A DNA stretch of 64,000 bases from Candidatus Doudnabacteria bacterium RIFCSPHIGHO2_01_FULL_46_14 (GCA_001779925.1 MFEK01000014.1:152168-216167); one strand, 5' to 3'; positions 35,402 through 46,021 are shown, counted from the first letter of the stretch. Numbers and translations: made by a program. The notes: generated by a model not told the origin, from the sequence alone.

Positions 35402-35965
35402 ATGGATAAATATATCCAAGCAAAAAAAGTAAATATGACCCAGGTGTGGACAGCAGAAGGCAAGGTTGTGCCAGTGACGGTGTTGCACGTTGACGCAGGC
35501 TCTGAAATTTCTGATCTGCAACCAGGAACAGTCATTCACATCAGCGGGCGTAGCCGCGGCCGCGGTTTTGCCGGGCCGGTAAAGCGGCATGGGTTTCATG
35601 GTGCTCCGGCATCCCACGGACATGACCATCCTCGAGCTGTCGGGTCTATTGGTAACCGCTTTCCCCAGCACACTAGGCCTGGGATGCGCATGGCCGGCCG
35701 CATGGGCGGGAAGAACGCGACTGTAAAAAATTCGATTGTCATTACCGTGGATGTGGAAAACAAGCTCATTGTTGTTAAAGGCGGAGTGCCGGGGCACCCG
35801 GAGAGTAAGGTTAAAATCGGCGTAACTGCAGAAAAAAAGACTGCTCCGGAGATAGTGAAATACGTGACAGCACCGACCAGCCAAACCTTTCTCACTGAAA
35901 CCAAAGCTCAGACTGAGGTTCCAGAGAGTCCGAAAGCTCAAGAAGGAGAAGCAAATGCAAGCTAA
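35402..35965 (+). CDS. rplC: 50S ribosomal protein L3
   Basis: KVNMTQVW...GKVVPVTV, matching the L3 N-terminus. Confidence 0.9.
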   Translation: MDKYIQAKKVNMTQVWTAEGKVVPVTVLHVDAGSEISDLQPGTVIHISGRSRGRGFAGPVKRHGFHGAPASHGHDHPRAVGSIGNRFPQHTRPGMRMAGRMGGKNATVKNSIVITVDVENKLIVVKGGVPGHPESKVKIGVTAEKKTAPEIVKYVTAPTSQTFLTETKAQTEVPESPKAQEGEANAS

Positions 35966-36620
35966 GGTTTATAGTCAATCAGGTGAAGATAAAGGCACGG
36001 TCGAGCTGAACTCGAAGATCTTTGGCTTGGAAAAAATTAAACCAGAGGTCGTGCATCAGACAGTAACGAGCTTACTGTCTTCGAGGCGTAATGTAGTAGC
36101 CAGCACTAAAACCAAAGGCGAGGTCAGAGGCGGCGGCAAAAAACCGCACCAGCAAAAAGGCACGGGACGGGCGCGCGCCGGTTCGATTCGTTCTCCATTG
36201 TGGCGCGGCGGCGGTATCACTTTCGGACCGCGGGCCAATCGTAATTTTGAGCGCAAGATTAATAAAAAAGAGAAGATTCTCACATTGTTTTCTGTTTTGA
36301 GCGATAAAGCCAAAAGCGGACAGCTCGTGGTTCTTGATGACCTCGCACTTTCAGCCCCGAAAACCAAGGAGCTGGCAGGTAAGCTCAAAGACTTGCAGGC
36401 CAAAATTCCGGCTCTCGGCCGTTCACTTACTATTGTTATTTCCGAGAAGCAAAAGGATTTGGTCAGAGCAGGAAAAAATCTGCCGAACATTAATATATTA
36501 TCGGCTTCGAGCCTGAATATTTTACAGCTTTTGTCAGCGCAGGGAGTTGTGGTCATGCAGGACGCGCTCGCTGGCATTGAAAAAACTTATTTAAGGAATA
36601 AGGCAGCTAAGGGTAATTAG
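35955..36620 (+). CDS. rplD: 50S ribosomal protein L4
   Basis: L4 family similarity and the expected position after rplC. Confidence 0.9.
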   Translation: MQAKVYSQSGEDKGTVELNSKIFGLEKIKPEVVHQTVTSLLSSRRNVVASTKTKGEVRGGGKKPHQQKGTGRARAGSIRSPLWRGGGITFGPRANRNFERKINKKEKILTLFSVLSDKAKSGQLVVLDDLALSAPKTKELAGKLKDLQAKIPALGRSLTIVISEKQKDLVRAGKNLPNINILSASSLNILQLLSAQGVVVMQDALAGIEKTYLRNKAAKGN

Positions 36621-36626
36621 GGAAAT

Positions 36627-37031
36627 ATGGGACTATTTGATAAATTCAAAAAGAAACCAGAGATCAAACCAGCGCAGACGGGCGGAGAAGGCGTGCCTTC
36701 GGCAGTGCCTGCTTCTTCAGAAAAAAAGGCTGATATCGTCTCACATGCCTCCGAAGTTTTAGTTAAACCGTTGTTGTCTGAGAAAGGCACGCACCTTGCA
36801 AGCACCGGACGTTACGTGTTTATGGTAAAAAAACAGGCCAACAAGCCGGAAATCAAGAAAAGCATTCAGCGAGTCTATAAGGTCCATGTGGAAGGCATAA
36901 GAATCGTGAACTTGCCGGCGAAAAAACGCCGCTATGGCCGAGCGAGCGGGCAAACTTCGGAACACAAGAAAGCCATCATCACCCTTAAGAAAGGGGAAAA
37001 GATCCCCGGCATCATTGAATCAGTAGGATGA
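36627..37031 (+). CDS. rplW: 50S ribosomal protein L23 with an N-terminal extension of about 35 aa
   Basis: The L23 core (VLVKPLLSEKG...) and its position between rplD and rplB. Confidence 0.85.
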   Translation: MGLFDKFKKKPEIKPAQTGGEGVPSAVPASSEKKADIVSHASEVLVKPLLSEKGTHLASTGRYVFMVKKQANKPEIKKSIQRVYKVHVEGIRIVNLPAKKRRYGRASGQTSEHKKAIITLKKGEKIPGIIESVG

Positions 37032-37108
37032 ATTAGCGAGCAGCGATAAGCAATCAGCGAGTGGGGAAGCACAAATCGCTCATCGCCGGTCGCTCATCGC
37101 AAACAATT

Positions 37109-37945
37109 ATGGCAATTAAAATCTACAAACCAACAACGGCAGGCAGACGCAAACATTCGGTTACGGATTATTCCGTTCTGCGCTCCACATCCAAAGCCCC
37201 TCGAGGTTTGTTTGTGGCGAAAAAACGTAGCGGCGGCCGTAATTCCAGCGGTAAAATAACAGTCCGGCATATTGGCGGCGGATTCAAAAAAATGCTGCGT
37301 GTTATTGACAGCAAACGCGACAAACTCGATATACCGGCCAGAGTTGCCTCCCTGGAATATGATCCGGGAAGAAGCGCATTTCTTTCTTTGCTTGTTTACC
37401 GCGACGGGGAAAAGCGTTATATTATATCACCGGCAGGAGTGAAAATCGGCGATACAATCATGGCCTCAGAAAAGTCTGTGGAAATCAAACCAGGCAACCG
37501 TTCCCGATTAGGCAACATGCCTGGAGGCACATTTGTGCATGATATTGAGCTGACCGCAGGCCGCGGCGGGCAAATGGCCAGGGGGGCCGGGAACTACGCC
37601 ATCGTTACAGCGGTTGAGGGCGGTATGGTGATATTGAAACTTCCCTCCGGCGAGATTCGCCGCGTGTTTGCAAACAACATGGCCACTATCGGTCAAGCTT
37701 CCAACACTGACCACATGAATGTTCGCATTGGCAAAGCCGGCCGTTCGCGCCTTATGGGGATACGTCCAACGGTTCGCGGCAAGGCTATGAACCCGGTTGA
37801 TCACCCGCACGGTGGTGGCGAAGGCCGCAACCCGATCGGTATGAAATATCCGAAAACTCCATGGGGCAAACACGCGCTCGGGGTTCATACTCGCAAAAAG
37901 AAGAAATCTTCCAGTAAATTTATAGTTCAGCGCAGAAAGAAATAA
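37109..37945 (+). CDS. rplB: 50S ribosomal protein L2
   Basis: The start was set at MAIKIYKPTTAGRR; the GMKYPKTPWGK motif is present. Confidence 0.95.
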   Translation: MAIKIYKPTTAGRRKHSVTDYSVLRSTSKAPRGLFVAKKRSGGRNSSGKITVRHIGGGFKKMLRVIDSKRDKLDIPARVASLEYDPGRSAFLSLLVYRDGEKRYIISPAGVKIGDTIMASEKSVEIKPGNRSRLGNMPGGTFVHDIELTAGRGGQMARGAGNYAIVTAVEGGMVILKLPSGEIRRVFANNMATIGQASNTDHMNVRIGKAGRSRLMGIRPTVRGKAMNPVDHPHGGGEGRNPIGMKYPKTPWGKHALGVHTRKKKKSSSKFIVQRRKK

Positions 37946-38047
37946 TTAACCCACCAAAATTTTTAAACTATGATTAAATTGATTAACATCCCAGTAAATA
38001 ACCCTAGAAATATGCTTTATTTTAGAATTAAAAATTTAGGCGGGTAA
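37946..38047 (+). promoter_or_regulatory. Leader repeat, family 1 copy A (upstream of rpsS)
   Basis: A roughly 100-bp element ending in AATTTAGGCGGGTAAATG, about 85% identical to 40961-41062. Its ends are complementary (ACCCACC / GGCGGGT). Confidence 0.6.
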
Positions 38048-38383
38048 ATGTCGAGATCACTGAAAAAAGGTCCATATGTTGACCCAAGGCTTCTCAAAAA
38101 GATGGCGAACCTCAAGCCGGGCGTGAAAACCGCGATTAAAACCTGGTCGCGCGACTCTACGATCACTCCGGAAATGGTGGGCTTTACCTTTGCGGTTCAC
38201 AATGGCAAGATTTTTATAGATGTGTTCGTTACAGAAGACATGGTGGGCTATAAACTCGGCAGTTTTGCGCTTACTCGTAAATTCACGAGACACGGCGGAA
38301 GAATGGCCCGCGAAGAAGCAGCTGCAGCCGCGGAAGCGGACAAAGCCAAACTGGCTGCAGTTCAGGCTGAGCCGAAAAAGTAA
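38048..38383 (+). CDS. rpsS: 30S ribosomal protein S19 with an Ala/Lys-rich C-terminal tail
   Basis: S19 core ([11 protein letters not shown]...). Confidence 0.95.
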   Translation: MSRSLKKGPYVDPRLLKKMANLKPGVKTAIKTWSRDSTITPEMVGFTFAVHNGKIFIDVFVTEDMVGYKLGSFALTRKFTRHGGRMAREEAAAAAEADKAKLAAVQAEPKK

Positions 38384-38416
38384 CTTATAACTGATAATTG
38401 ATAACTCATAACTAAC

Positions 38417-38977
38417 ATGGCGGAAGAAGTAAAGAAAACCACAGAAGTCAAAGCATTTGCACGCGGCATTCACATGTCCGCGCGCAAAGTCAGGCTCGTG
38501 GCAAATCTGCTTCGAAACATGCCGGTTGACGAAGCCCTCAATAATCTGACATTCATGACCAAAAAAGCCGCATTACCGATCAGAAAGCTTGTTGATTCCG
38601 GCGTGGCCAATGCCAAGCATAACTTTCAGGTTGAAATGGAAAGATTGTTTGTAAAAAGTTTGACCGTTGATTCCGGGCAGGTTATGAAACGGTTCCGGCC
38701 ACGAGCGCAAGGACGAGCTTTCCCGGTGCGTCGCCGCACCAGCCATATCAATTTGGTTTTAGGGGTCTTGGAAAAGGCGCGTGCACCCAAGCGCAAAGTC
38801 GTCGAAGCTCCGAAATCTGATAAGCCAAAGCCGGTAAAGACTCCCGCTGCTGAGGAGCCCAAGAGCAGGTTTGGCATTTTTAGGCCCAAGACCGAAGGAC
38901 ACACTGAACAGAAACCCGCCAAATTGGATCCAGAAGGCAAACATTATACTTCATTTGATAGAAGGGCGGGCGAGTAA
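38417..38977 (+). CDS. rplV: 50S ribosomal protein L22 with a long basic C-terminal extension
   Basis: L22 core (ARGIHMSARKVRLVANLLRNMPV). Confidence 0.9.
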   Translation: MAEEVKKTTEVKAFARGIHMSARKVRLVANLLRNMPVDEALNNLTFMTKKAALPIRKLVDSGVANAKHNFQVEMERLFVKSLTVDSGQVMKRFRPRAQGRAFPVRRRTSHINLVLGVLEKARAPKRKVVEAPKSDKPKPVKTPAAEEPKSRFGIFRPKTEGHTEQKPAKLDPEGKHYTSFDRRAGE

Positions 38978-38979
38978 AT

Positions 38980-39660
38980 ATGGGTCATAAAGTCAATCCG
39001 CAAAGTTTTAGAATGAAAATCACTGATACGTGGAAATCACGGTGGTTTGCTCGTGGTAAAAAATTCTCGACTGCTCTCCGGGAAGATAATTCGATTCGCG
39101 ACATGGTTGTAAAGAAAATGTCACGTGCGGGATTGGTACGAGTGGATATCGAACGGCTGAATCGCGAAATCAATGTGATCATTCATTCCACCAGACCGGG
39201 GATGATTATCGGCAAGGGCGGTGCTGGCATTGAGGATCTCAAAAAGCAGCTTAAAAAAATGTTGAAGCTTAAAACCGATCTGAAGGTCACTATTGAGGAA
39301 TCAAAGAATATTAATCTTGAATCACAGGTTTGGGCCAATACTCTTGCCGAGCAGATTGAAAAACGCATGTCTTTTCGGCGCATTGTAAAAAACGCTTTGG
39401 AACAAATTATGGATGCCGGCGCTCAGGGCGTAAAGATCGCGGTTTCCGGCAGGCTTGGCGGTGCTGAGATTGCCCGCACTGAATGGCTGTACCGCGGCAA
39501 ATTGCCACTACACACGTTGAGAGCTAATATTGATTTTGCCCGCGCCACAGCATTTACTACATACGGCACGGTCGGAATCAAAGTCTGGATTAATAAGGGG
39601 GAGGTTTTTTCCGCCCAAGGTGGATCGGCCTCTGGCCGGGAAAAGGCCGGGTTGAAATAA
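38980..39660 (+). CDS. rpsC: 30S ribosomal protein S3
   Basis: KH/S3 motifs: [11 protein letters not shown] and [12 protein letters not shown]. Confidence 0.95.
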   Translation: MGHKVNPQSFRMKITDTWKSRWFARGKKFSTALREDNSIRDMVVKKMSRAGLVRVDIERLNREINVIIHSTRPGMIIGKGGAGIEDLKKQLKKMLKLKTDLKVTIEESKNINLESQVWANTLAEQIEKRMSFRRIVKNALEQIMDAGAQGVKIAVSGRLGGAEIARTEWLYRGKLPLHTLRANIDFARATAFTTYGTVGIKVWINKGEVFSAQGGSASGREKAGLK

Positions 39661-39661
39661 T

Positions 39662-40075
39662 ATGCTTATTCCAAAAAAATTAAAACACCGCAAAGCGCAT
39701 CGCGGTCATACCAAGGGCAAAGCCACTGCAGGAAACTATCTCAGCTTTGGCCAGTATGGACTGCGAGCGCTTTCCAACGGCTGGGTAACGTCTCGGCAGA
39801 TCGAGGCGGCCCGCAGAGCCATGACCCGTTATGTTCAACGCGGGGGCAAGATTTGGATTCGGATTTTTCCCGATAAACCCATTACCATGAAAGGCAATGA
39901 AATTCCTATGGGCGGGGGTAAAGGCGCGGTGGATCATTTTGTGGCGATTGTAAAAAAAGGTAGAATGCTTTTTGAAATCGACGGGGTAACGCCGCCTCAG
40001 GCCCGTGAAGCCATGAGGCTAGCCAGCCACAAATTGCCGGTTGAAACACGTTTTGAAGAAAGGAAGTCCGTATGA
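39662..40075 (+). CDS. rplP: 50S ribosomal protein L16
   Basis: [15 protein letters not shown], matching the L16 N-terminus. Confidence 0.95.
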   Translation: MLIPKKLKHRKAHRGHTKGKATAGNYLSFGQYGLRALSNGWVTSRQIEAARRAMTRYVQRGGKIWIRIFPDKPITMKGNEIPMGGGKGAVDHFVAIVKKGRMLFEIDGVTPPQAREAMRLASHKLPVETRFEERKSV

Positions 40076-40269
40076 GCCAAGCGGCGGATATTAGAAAGAA
40101 ATCTGAAAGCGATCTGAAAAAAATGCTTGTCGAAATGCAGGCTAGCGTTCGCGATCTGCGTTTTCGCAACGCAGCTAAAGAGCTGAAGAATCATCAGCAA
40201 ATGCGTGGTGTACGCAAAGACATAGCGCGCATCCTCACGATTTTAAAAGAGAAAGGGGCAAAGTTATGA
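40072..40269 (+). CDS. rpmC: 50S ribosomal protein L29
   Basis: Size, helical character and position between rplP and rpsQ. Confidence 0.85.
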   Translation: MSQAADIRKKSESDLKKMLVEMQASVRDLRFRNAAKELKNHQQMRGVRKDIARILTILKEKGAKL

Positions 40270-40502
40270 GCAGCCGCAAAATGACAGGCACGGTAGTCAG
40301 CGACAAAATGACCAAGACTGTAGTGGTCAAAGTCACAACCCACAAGCGCCACCCCAAATATTTCAAACAGTATTCTGTTTCTAAAAAATATAAAGCCCAT
40401 GATGAGAAAGCCGAGTATCACACAGGCGACATGGTAGAGATACAGGAAACCAAGCCTATGTCCAAGGAAAAAAAATGGGTTGTTACGAGAAAGATTAAAT
40501 AA
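40266..40502 (+). CDS. rpsQ: 30S ribosomal protein S17
   Basis: GTVVSDKMTKTVVVKV, matching the S17 OB-fold. Confidence 0.9.
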   Translation: MSSRKMTGTVVSDKMTKTVVVKVTTHKRHPKYFKQYSVSKKYKAHDEKAEYHTGDMVEIQETKPMSKEKKWVVTRKIK

Positions 40503-40588
40503 TCCACCCACCAAAATTTCTCCGGTGGGAGAGCAAATACTATGAATTACGTTCAAACAATAATTAATCAAGAAATTTAGGCGGGTAA
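40503..40588 (+). promoter_or_regulatory. Leader repeat, family 1 copy B (upstream of rplN, shorter)
   Basis: Shares the CCACCCACCAAAATTT start and the AATTTAGGCGGGTAAATG end with copies A and C; contains the hairpin CCCACC-N11-GGTGGG. Confidence 0.55.
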
Positions 40589-40960
40589 ATGCTTCATTTA
40601 CGTAGTAGGTTAAAAGTCGCGGATAATACAGGCGCAAGAGAGATAGCTTTGTTCAGCATGTCCGGAAAGAACGGCCAGCGCCATGTGCGGCTTGGCGATG
40701 TAGTTGTGGCTTCGGTAAAGATCGCTGCGCCAACCGGCAGTGTAAAAAAAGGTGAAAAAGTCTACGCAGTGATTGTCCGTACCCGCAAAGAGGTGCGAAG
40801 GTCTGACGGTTCTTACATTCGATTTGATGAAAATGCGGCCGTGCTCATTAATAAGGAATCCAAAGAACCGAAAGGTACTCGCATTTTTGGACCGATCCCC
40901 AGGGAGCTACGAGACCTTGGGTTTACCAAGATCGTTAGCCTTGCCCCAGAGGTAATTTAA
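40589..40960 (+). CDS. rplN: 50S ribosomal protein L14
   Basis: [13 protein letters not shown], matching the L14 signature. Confidence 0.95.
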   Translation: MLHLRSRLKVADNTGAREIALFSMSGKNGQRHVRLGDVVVASVKIAAPTGSVKKGEKVYAVIVRTRKEVRRSDGSYIRFDENAAVLINKESKEPKGTRIFGPIPRELRDLGFTKIVSLAPEVI

Positions 40961-41062
40961 TTCACCCACCAAAATTTCCCAATTATGATTATACTGATTA
41001 ACATCCAAGTAAATAACCCAAGAAATATGCCTTATATTAGAAGTAAAAATTTAGGCGGGTAA
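40961..41062 (+). promoter_or_regulatory. Leader repeat, family 1 copy C (upstream of rplX)
   Basis: About 85% identical to 37946-38047 over roughly 105 bp. Confidence 0.6.
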
Positions 41063-41377
41063 ATGACCCACATCAAAAAAGGCGACATGGTAAAAATATT
41101 GTCAGGAAAGGACCGTACAAAAACCGGGAAGGTTTTGTCTGTGGACGGCCAGCAAGGCAAAGCAATCGTGGAAGGACGAAATATCATGACCCGCCATGAA
41201 CGACCAAAAAAATCCGGACAAAAAGGCCAAAAGGTTCAGTTCCCGGGAGCGATTAATATTTCTAACCTAACTATTATTTGCCCAAACTGCGGTAAACCGA
41301 CAAGAGCTGGAAGTAAAATTGATGATAAGAGTGTTAAGGTTCGTATTTGTAAAAAGTGCGGGAAGGGGATCAAATGA
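41063..41377 (+). CDS. rplX: 50S ribosomal protein L24 with a C-terminal CxxC...CxxC zinc-ribbon extension
   Basis: KOW motif KKGDMVKILSGKD; the C-terminal segment reads CPNCGKPTRAG...CKKCGKG. Confidence 0.9.
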   Translation: MTHIKKGDMVKILSGKDRTKTGKVLSVDGQQGKAIVEGRNIMTRHERPKKSGQKGQKVQFPGAINISNLTIICPNCGKPTRAGSKIDDKSVKVRICKKCGKGIK

Positions 41378-41928
41378 GCAGATTAATCCAGCAATATAAA
41401 GAAAAAATTCTGCCTGAGCTCAAAGAAGAGCTAAAGGTTAGCAATATACATGCTGTACCGCGCATTGAAAAGATTGTTATTAACGCAGGTATTGGTAAGG
41501 TCCTCCAGCAGAATCCTAAAGCGCTCGATACACTGACAGAGACTTTTCGTAAGATTACCGGACAGCAGCCGGTGGTGACCCGTGCTTCCAAAGCAATCGC
41601 GGGGTTTAAAATCAGGCAAGGGCAGACGGTTGGCCTGACTGTTACGCTACGCAGCAAGCGAATGTATGACTTTTTGGATAAATTTATTAACGTAGTAATG
41701 CCTCGTACGCGAGATTTTCGGGGATTGTCACCTAAAGGTTTTGACGGGCGAGGCAATTATAACTGCGGAATAAAAGAAGTGCTGGTATTCCCGGAAGCTG
41801 GAGAAACAGCAGAAGCGAGTTTTGGTCTCGAGATAACGATCGTCACGACCGCCAAGAGTAACGCCCAAGGTTTTGCCCTTCTTAAAAAATTTGGCTTTCC
41901 ATTTAACGATTCAGTAACTCAAAAATAG
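41374..41928 (+). CDS. rplE: 50S ribosomal protein L5
   Basis: The start was set at [11 protein letters not shown], overlapping the rplX stop; L5 family. Confidence 0.9.
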   Translation: MSRLIQQYKEKILPELKEELKVSNIHAVPRIEKIVINAGIGKVLQQNPKALDTLTETFRKITGQQPVVTRASKAIAGFKIRQGQTVGLTVTLRSKRMYDFLDKFINVVMPRTRDFRGLSPKGFDGRGNYNCGIKEVLVFPEAGETAEASFGLEITIVTTAKSNAQGFALLKKFGFPFNDSVTQK

Positions 41929-41929
41929 T

Positions 41930-42115
41930 ATGGCTACTAAATCACAGATCGCAAAATCGAAAAGAAAGCCAAAGTTCTCCACTAGGCTAGTCAGGCGTTG
42001 CAACCGCTGCGGCCGGCACCGCGGTTATATGCGTGATTTTGACATTTGCAGAATTTGTTTTCGCGAATTGGCAAGCAAAGGGGAAATTCCCGGTATTATT
42101 AAATCAAGCTGGTAA
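41930..42115 (+). CDS. rpsN: 30S ribosomal protein S14, zinc-binding (type Z)
   Basis: [23 protein letters not shown], a 61-aa Zn-ribbon S14. Confidence 0.95.
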   Translation: MATKSQIAKSKRKPKFSTRLVRRCNRCGRHRGYMRDFDICRICFRELASKGEIPGIIKSSW

Positions 42116-42120
42116 AAAAT

Positions 42121-42510
42121 ATGGATCCAATATCAGATATGCTAACAAGAATACGAAATGCCCTTGCTGTGAAAAAAACAGAGGTGGTGCTTCCGTATTC
42201 GAAGCTGAAATTCAATCTGGCCCAGGTTTTACAGAGAAGCGGATGGATTGGAAAGGTTGCCGATGACCAGGAAGGCAAGATGAAAGTATTGCGCATCGGG
42301 CTGCGCTATGACGAAACAGGTATGCCGACAATCTCCGGAATCACAAGGCTTTCCAAGCCTGGCCAGCGGATTTATTCTAAGGTGACAAAAATCCCGCGCG
42401 TGACCTTGGGAAGTGGTGCGACCATTGTTTCGACCTCAAAGGGACTGATGACCTCTGACCAGGCGCGTAAAGAAAAACTCGGCGGCGAATTAATCTGCCA
42501 GATATGGTAA
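42121..42510 (+). CDS. rpsH: 30S ribosomal protein S8
   Basis: MDPISDMLTRIRNA, matching the S8 N-terminus. Confidence 0.95.
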   Translation: MDPISDMLTRIRNALAVKKTEVVLPYSKLKFNLAQVLQRSGWIGKVADDQEGKMKVLRIGLRYDETGMPTISGITRLSKPGQRIYSKVTKIPRVTLGSGATIVSTSKGLMTSDQARKEKLGGELICQIW

Positions 42511-42576
42511 GATAGTAGTTCGTAGCCAGTAGACAGTAAAAATTGTTAACTAGCTACATCTCCACCACCTACAAAT

Positions 42577-43125
42577 ATGTCCAAAATTGGCAAAAAAATA
42601 ATAGTTATTCCAGACAGCGTGCAGACCACTGTGAGCGATCAAATCGTGTCTTTCAAGGGTCCAAAAGGAGAGCTTAGCGTCGTGGTGCATCCCAAAGTAA
42701 AGGCCGTACTCGCAGATTCACAGCTTCAGGTCAGCGTTAAAAACCCCGATGACCGTCGTCAAAAAGCTTTGTGGGGTACGTTTCGTTCTCTTCTCAACAA
42801 CGCGCTCGTTGGGGTGACCGCCGGTTTTGGGAAAAAGCTGGAAATTGTCGGCGTGGGGTACAAGGCGCAGGCTACTGCTGACAAACTCACATTGAACCTT
42901 GGATATTCCCATCCGATAGAGCTTTCAGTGCCGAAAGGACTGGAGGTTAAGGTTGAAAAAAATACAATCACTGTGGGGGGCATTGATAAGCAACTGGTCG
43001 GTGAGTTTTCGGCACTCATCCGCAGCAAGCGTAAACCAGAACCGTATAAGGGCAAGGGGATTAAATATTCCGACGAAGTGATCCGCCGCAAGGCAGGAAA
43101 AGTTGTTAAAGCAGTCGGAGGATAG
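42577..43125 (+). CDS. rplF: 50S ribosomal protein L6
   Basis: SKIGKKIIVIPDSV, matching the L6 N-terminus. Confidence 0.95.
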   Translation: MSKIGKKIIVIPDSVQTTVSDQIVSFKGPKGELSVVVHPKVKAVLADSQLQVSVKNPDDRRQKALWGTFRSLLNNALVGVTAGFGKKLEIVGVGYKAQATADKLTLNLGYSHPIELSVPKGLEVKVEKNTITVGGIDKQLVGEFSALIRSKRKPEPYKGKGIKYSDEVIRRKAGKVVKAVGG

Positions 43126-43199
43126 AGAGCGAATAGCGATAAGCTATCAGCGATCAGAAAAACAGTCGCTCATCGCTCGTCGCCGATTGCAAAGATATT

Positions 43200-43514
43200 A
43201 TGAATAATAAACGCAACAAGAGAATAACAAGACACAGAAGGATCCGAGCAAAGGTTCACGGTACTGCTTCTCGTCCGCGCTTGGCGGTTTTTCGAAGCAA
43301 TAAGCATTTGCATCTTCAGCTTATCGATGACGCGGCCAGTAAAACGCTTGCCTCAGCCTCCACGCTCAAGAGCAAGGATGTCGCCAAAGCTCTTTCCGAT
43401 AAGGCCGACTCCTTGGGAATAAAAGAGATAGTATTTGATAGAGGCGGCTATCAATATCATGGGCGGATTACAAAAATTGCAGAAGCGCTTCGCGGTTCAG
43501 GATTAAAATTTTAA
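43200..43514 (+). CDS. rplR: 50S ribosomal protein L18
   Basis: [20 protein letters not shown], matching L18. Confidence 0.9.
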   Translation: MNNKRNKRITRHRRIRAKVHGTASRPRLAVFRSNKHLHLQLIDDAASKTLASASTLKSKDVAKALSDKADSLGIKEIVFDRGGYQYHGRITKIAEALRGSGLKF

Positions 43515-43516
43515 AC

Positions 43517-44029
43517 ATGAGACCAAGAGATCAAAAACGAGACGGCAGAGAATTTGTCAAGAGGGAATTCGAAACCAAGGTAGTAGAGATTAAACGTGTT
43601 ACTCGCGTAGTTGCCGGTGGCAAGCGCATGCGTTTTCGCGCGTTGGTTGTAATCGGAGACCGCAATGGCCGAGTTGGCATTGGCCTGAAAAAAGGCACGG
43701 ATGTTGCGGAGGCGGTCGCCAAAGCTACCTCGCAAGCCAAAAAAACCATGGTGCGGGTGCTAATCAAAGAAGGCACGATCCCGCATGCGGTGAAGCTCAA
43801 ATATAAAGCCGCAGTAGTGTTCCTAAAACCTGCAAGGACCGGATCAGGTATTACTGCCGGCGGCCCGGTTCGTGCTGTTGTGAATCTCGCGGGAATCAAG
43901 AATATCTCGAGTAAGATGTTAGGTGCATCTAACAAGGTTAGCAACGTGAGAGCTACATTCGAGGCATTAAAGACATTTAAGAATAAGGAATCTGAAATTA
44001 CGAATCAAGGGCAAAGCCTTAATTCTTAA
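43517..44029 (+). CDS. rpsE: 30S ribosomal protein S5
   Basis: KRVTRVVAGGKRMRFRALVVIGD, matching S5. Confidence 0.95.
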   Translation: MRPRDQKRDGREFVKREFETKVVEIKRVTRVVAGGKRMRFRALVVIGDRNGRVGIGLKKGTDVAEAVAKATSQAKKTMVRVLIKEGTIPHAVKLKYKAAVVFLKPARTGSGITAGGPVRAVVNLAGIKNISSKMLGASNKVSNVRATFEALKTFKNKESEITNQGQSLNS

Positions 44030-44053
44030 TTCTTACCTCATAATTTTAAAGCT

Positions 44054-44491
44054 ATGTTCAATCTTTCAAACCTCAAGCCGAAAATAAAAAAACCTAAACA
44101 GGTGCGGCGCGGGCGGGGACTCGGCAGCGGACGCGGTGCATATTCTGGACGCGGTATCAAGGGGCAGAAGGCCCGCACAGGCGGCAATATCAAGCCTGGT
44201 TTTGAAGGCGGTCGTCAGCCAATGATCCGGCAGATGCCGAAAATCAAAGGCTTCCGCTCAATGCATAGTAAATCCCAGACTGTGGATTTGGCCTTGCTGG
44301 CTAAAGCGTTTGCGGACGGAGCGCTCGTTTCCCCTAAAACTCTTGAAAGCAAAGGACTCATCCGATCTGCTGGAAAACCAATCAAAATATTGGGCAAGAC
44401 GGAATTAACGCGGCGTTTTCAGTTCGAAGGCGTACGCTTTTCTGAATCTGCAAAAGCCGCGATAACTAAGGCTGGCGGAACAATCAAATAG
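44054..44491 (+). CDS. rplO: 50S ribosomal protein L15; no L30 gene lies between rpsE and rplO
   Basis: [17 protein letters not shown], matching L15. Confidence 0.9.
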   Translation: MFNLSNLKPKIKKPKQVRRGRGLGSGRGAYSGRGIKGQKARTGGNIKPGFEGGRQPMIRQMPKIKGFRSMHSKSQTVDLALLAKAFADGALVSPKTLESKGLIRSAGKPIKILGKTELTRRFQFEGVRFSESAKAAITKAGGTIK

Positions 44492-44501
44492 TAGAATACT
44501 A

Positions 44502-45785
44502 ATGATCAAAAAGTTTTTTCAAATCTGGCGACTGGCTGACCTGAGGAAAAAGATCCTTATGGTTCTATTTTTACTCGCCGCGACCAGGGTGCTAGCCGCG
44601 ATCCCGATTCCCGGGGTCAACGCGGGCGCTCTTCAGCAGTTTTTTGCGCAAAACCAGCTTTTTGGGCTTTTGGATATTTTTTCCGGCGGCGGTCTTTCCA
44701 ATTTTTCCATTGCCATGCTTGGCGTGGGGCCCTACATTACCGCCTCGATCATAATGCAGCTTTTGGCCATCATTGTGCCGTCACTGGCAGAACTGCAAAA
44801 GGAAGGAGAACAGGGCCGCGCCAAGGTTAACCAGTACACGCGTTATCTTGCAGTGCCTTTGGCTATTCTCCAGGGCTTCGGCACGATTTCGCTCATTGCT
44901 AGAGGCGCGGGCGGTGGGCCGAGAGTTCTGGGCCTTTTAACGCCGATTGACTGGGCAGTGATTCTTGTCTCCATTACTGCCGGTACCATGATCCTGATGT
45001 GGATCGGCGAGCTTATTACCGAATATGGCATTGGCAACGGACTGTCACTGATAATTTTCGCAGGTATAGTTGCACAAGTTCCGACATTTATTTCTCAGAC
45101 TGCTTTGACCTTCAACCCTTCTCTACTCCCTACAATAATCGGTTTTGTGTTGATTAGCGCGGTCGTGATTCTGGCTGTGGTGGTGATGACAGAAGCCACG
45201 CGCAATATTCCGATTTCGTACGCCAAACGCGTGCGCGGCAACAAGCTTTATGGGGGCGTTGATACGCATCTGCCGATCCGACTCAATACTGCGGGCGTTA
45301 TCCCTATAATTTTTGCGATTTCTGTTTTGCTGTTTCCGGGAGTGATCGCCAATTTTTTGGTTAACGCCAAGACTCCGGCGATCGCGGATTTTGCCCAGAA
45401 AATTACCGCGCTTTTTCAAAACCAGACTTTTTACGGCATCGCATATTTTGTATTGGTCATTGCTTTTACCTATTTTTATACTGCGGTTATTTTTAACCCT
45501 CAGGATATTTCAGAAAATATTCAAAAACAGGGCGGGTTTATCCCGGGATTGCGTCCCGGACAGCAGACTGCCGCGTTTTTGTACCGGGTTTTGAATCGCA
45601 TTACTCTGGCGGGAGCAATTTTTTTGGGACTTATAGCTGTCCTGCCGTTTCTGATGCAGGTTGTGACCAAGAGCCAAGCCCTGACCCTGGGCGGAACTTC
45701 CTTGCTCATCGTGGTCGCGGTTGTAATCGAAACTGTCAAACAAATCGAATCCCAGCTCGTCATGCGCGATTACGAGGGGTTCTAG
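44502..45785 (+). CDS. secY: Preprotein translocase subunit SecY
   Basis: Ten TM helices and SecY-conserved segments (GVNAGALQ..., SQLVMRDYEGF). Confidence 0.95.
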   Translation: MIKKFFQIWRLADLRKKILMVLFLLAATRVLAAIPIPGVNAGALQQFFAQNQLFGLLDIFSGGGLSNFSIAMLGVGPYITASIIMQLLAIIVPSLAELQKEGEQGRAKVNQYTRYLAVPLAILQGFGTISLIARGAGGGPRVLGLLTPIDWAVILVSITAGTMILMWIGELITEYGIGNGLSLIIFAGIVAQVPTFISQTALTFNPSLLPTIIGFVLISAVVILAVVVMTEATRNIPISYAKRVRGNKLYGGVDTHLPIRLNTAGVIPIIFAISVLLFPGVIANFLVNAKTPAIADFAQKITALFQNQTFYGIAYFVLVIAFTYFYTAVIFNPQDISENIQKQGGFIPGLRPGQQTAAFLYRVLNRITLAGAIFLGLIAVLPFLMQVVTKSQALTLGGTSLLIVVAVVIETVKQIESQLVMRDYEGF

Positions 45786-45812
45786 GCCAAGCGCCAACAA
45801 ATAACCGATAAC

Positions 45813-45838
45813 AAACCCGCCAACCATGTTTGGCGGGT
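45813..45838 (+). terminator. Rho-independent terminator after secY
   Basis: AACCCGCCAA-CCATG-TTTGGCGGGTT. Confidence 0.7.
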
Positions 45839-46021
45839 TAAATTAGTATAAGAAGTTAGTCGCAAGGCCAATGAGGTTGCTTTCAGCTAGCCCCCGGGAA
45901 GCTTTTCATTTTCAATAGTCATCAGACGGCGCGAATGACACATTCTACGCCAATTTGAATTTGACCGTCAACATCTTAACCACGGTTGAGGTGTTTGTTT
46001 TTTCACGGTATAATTGTACGC

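Noticed and set aside
45986-46021. Upstream extension of adk (MRCLFFHGIIVR)
   Set aside because: It would read through the -10 TATAAT box, and the canonical Adk N-terminus begins at MDKPLNLIILGPQGSGKGTQ.
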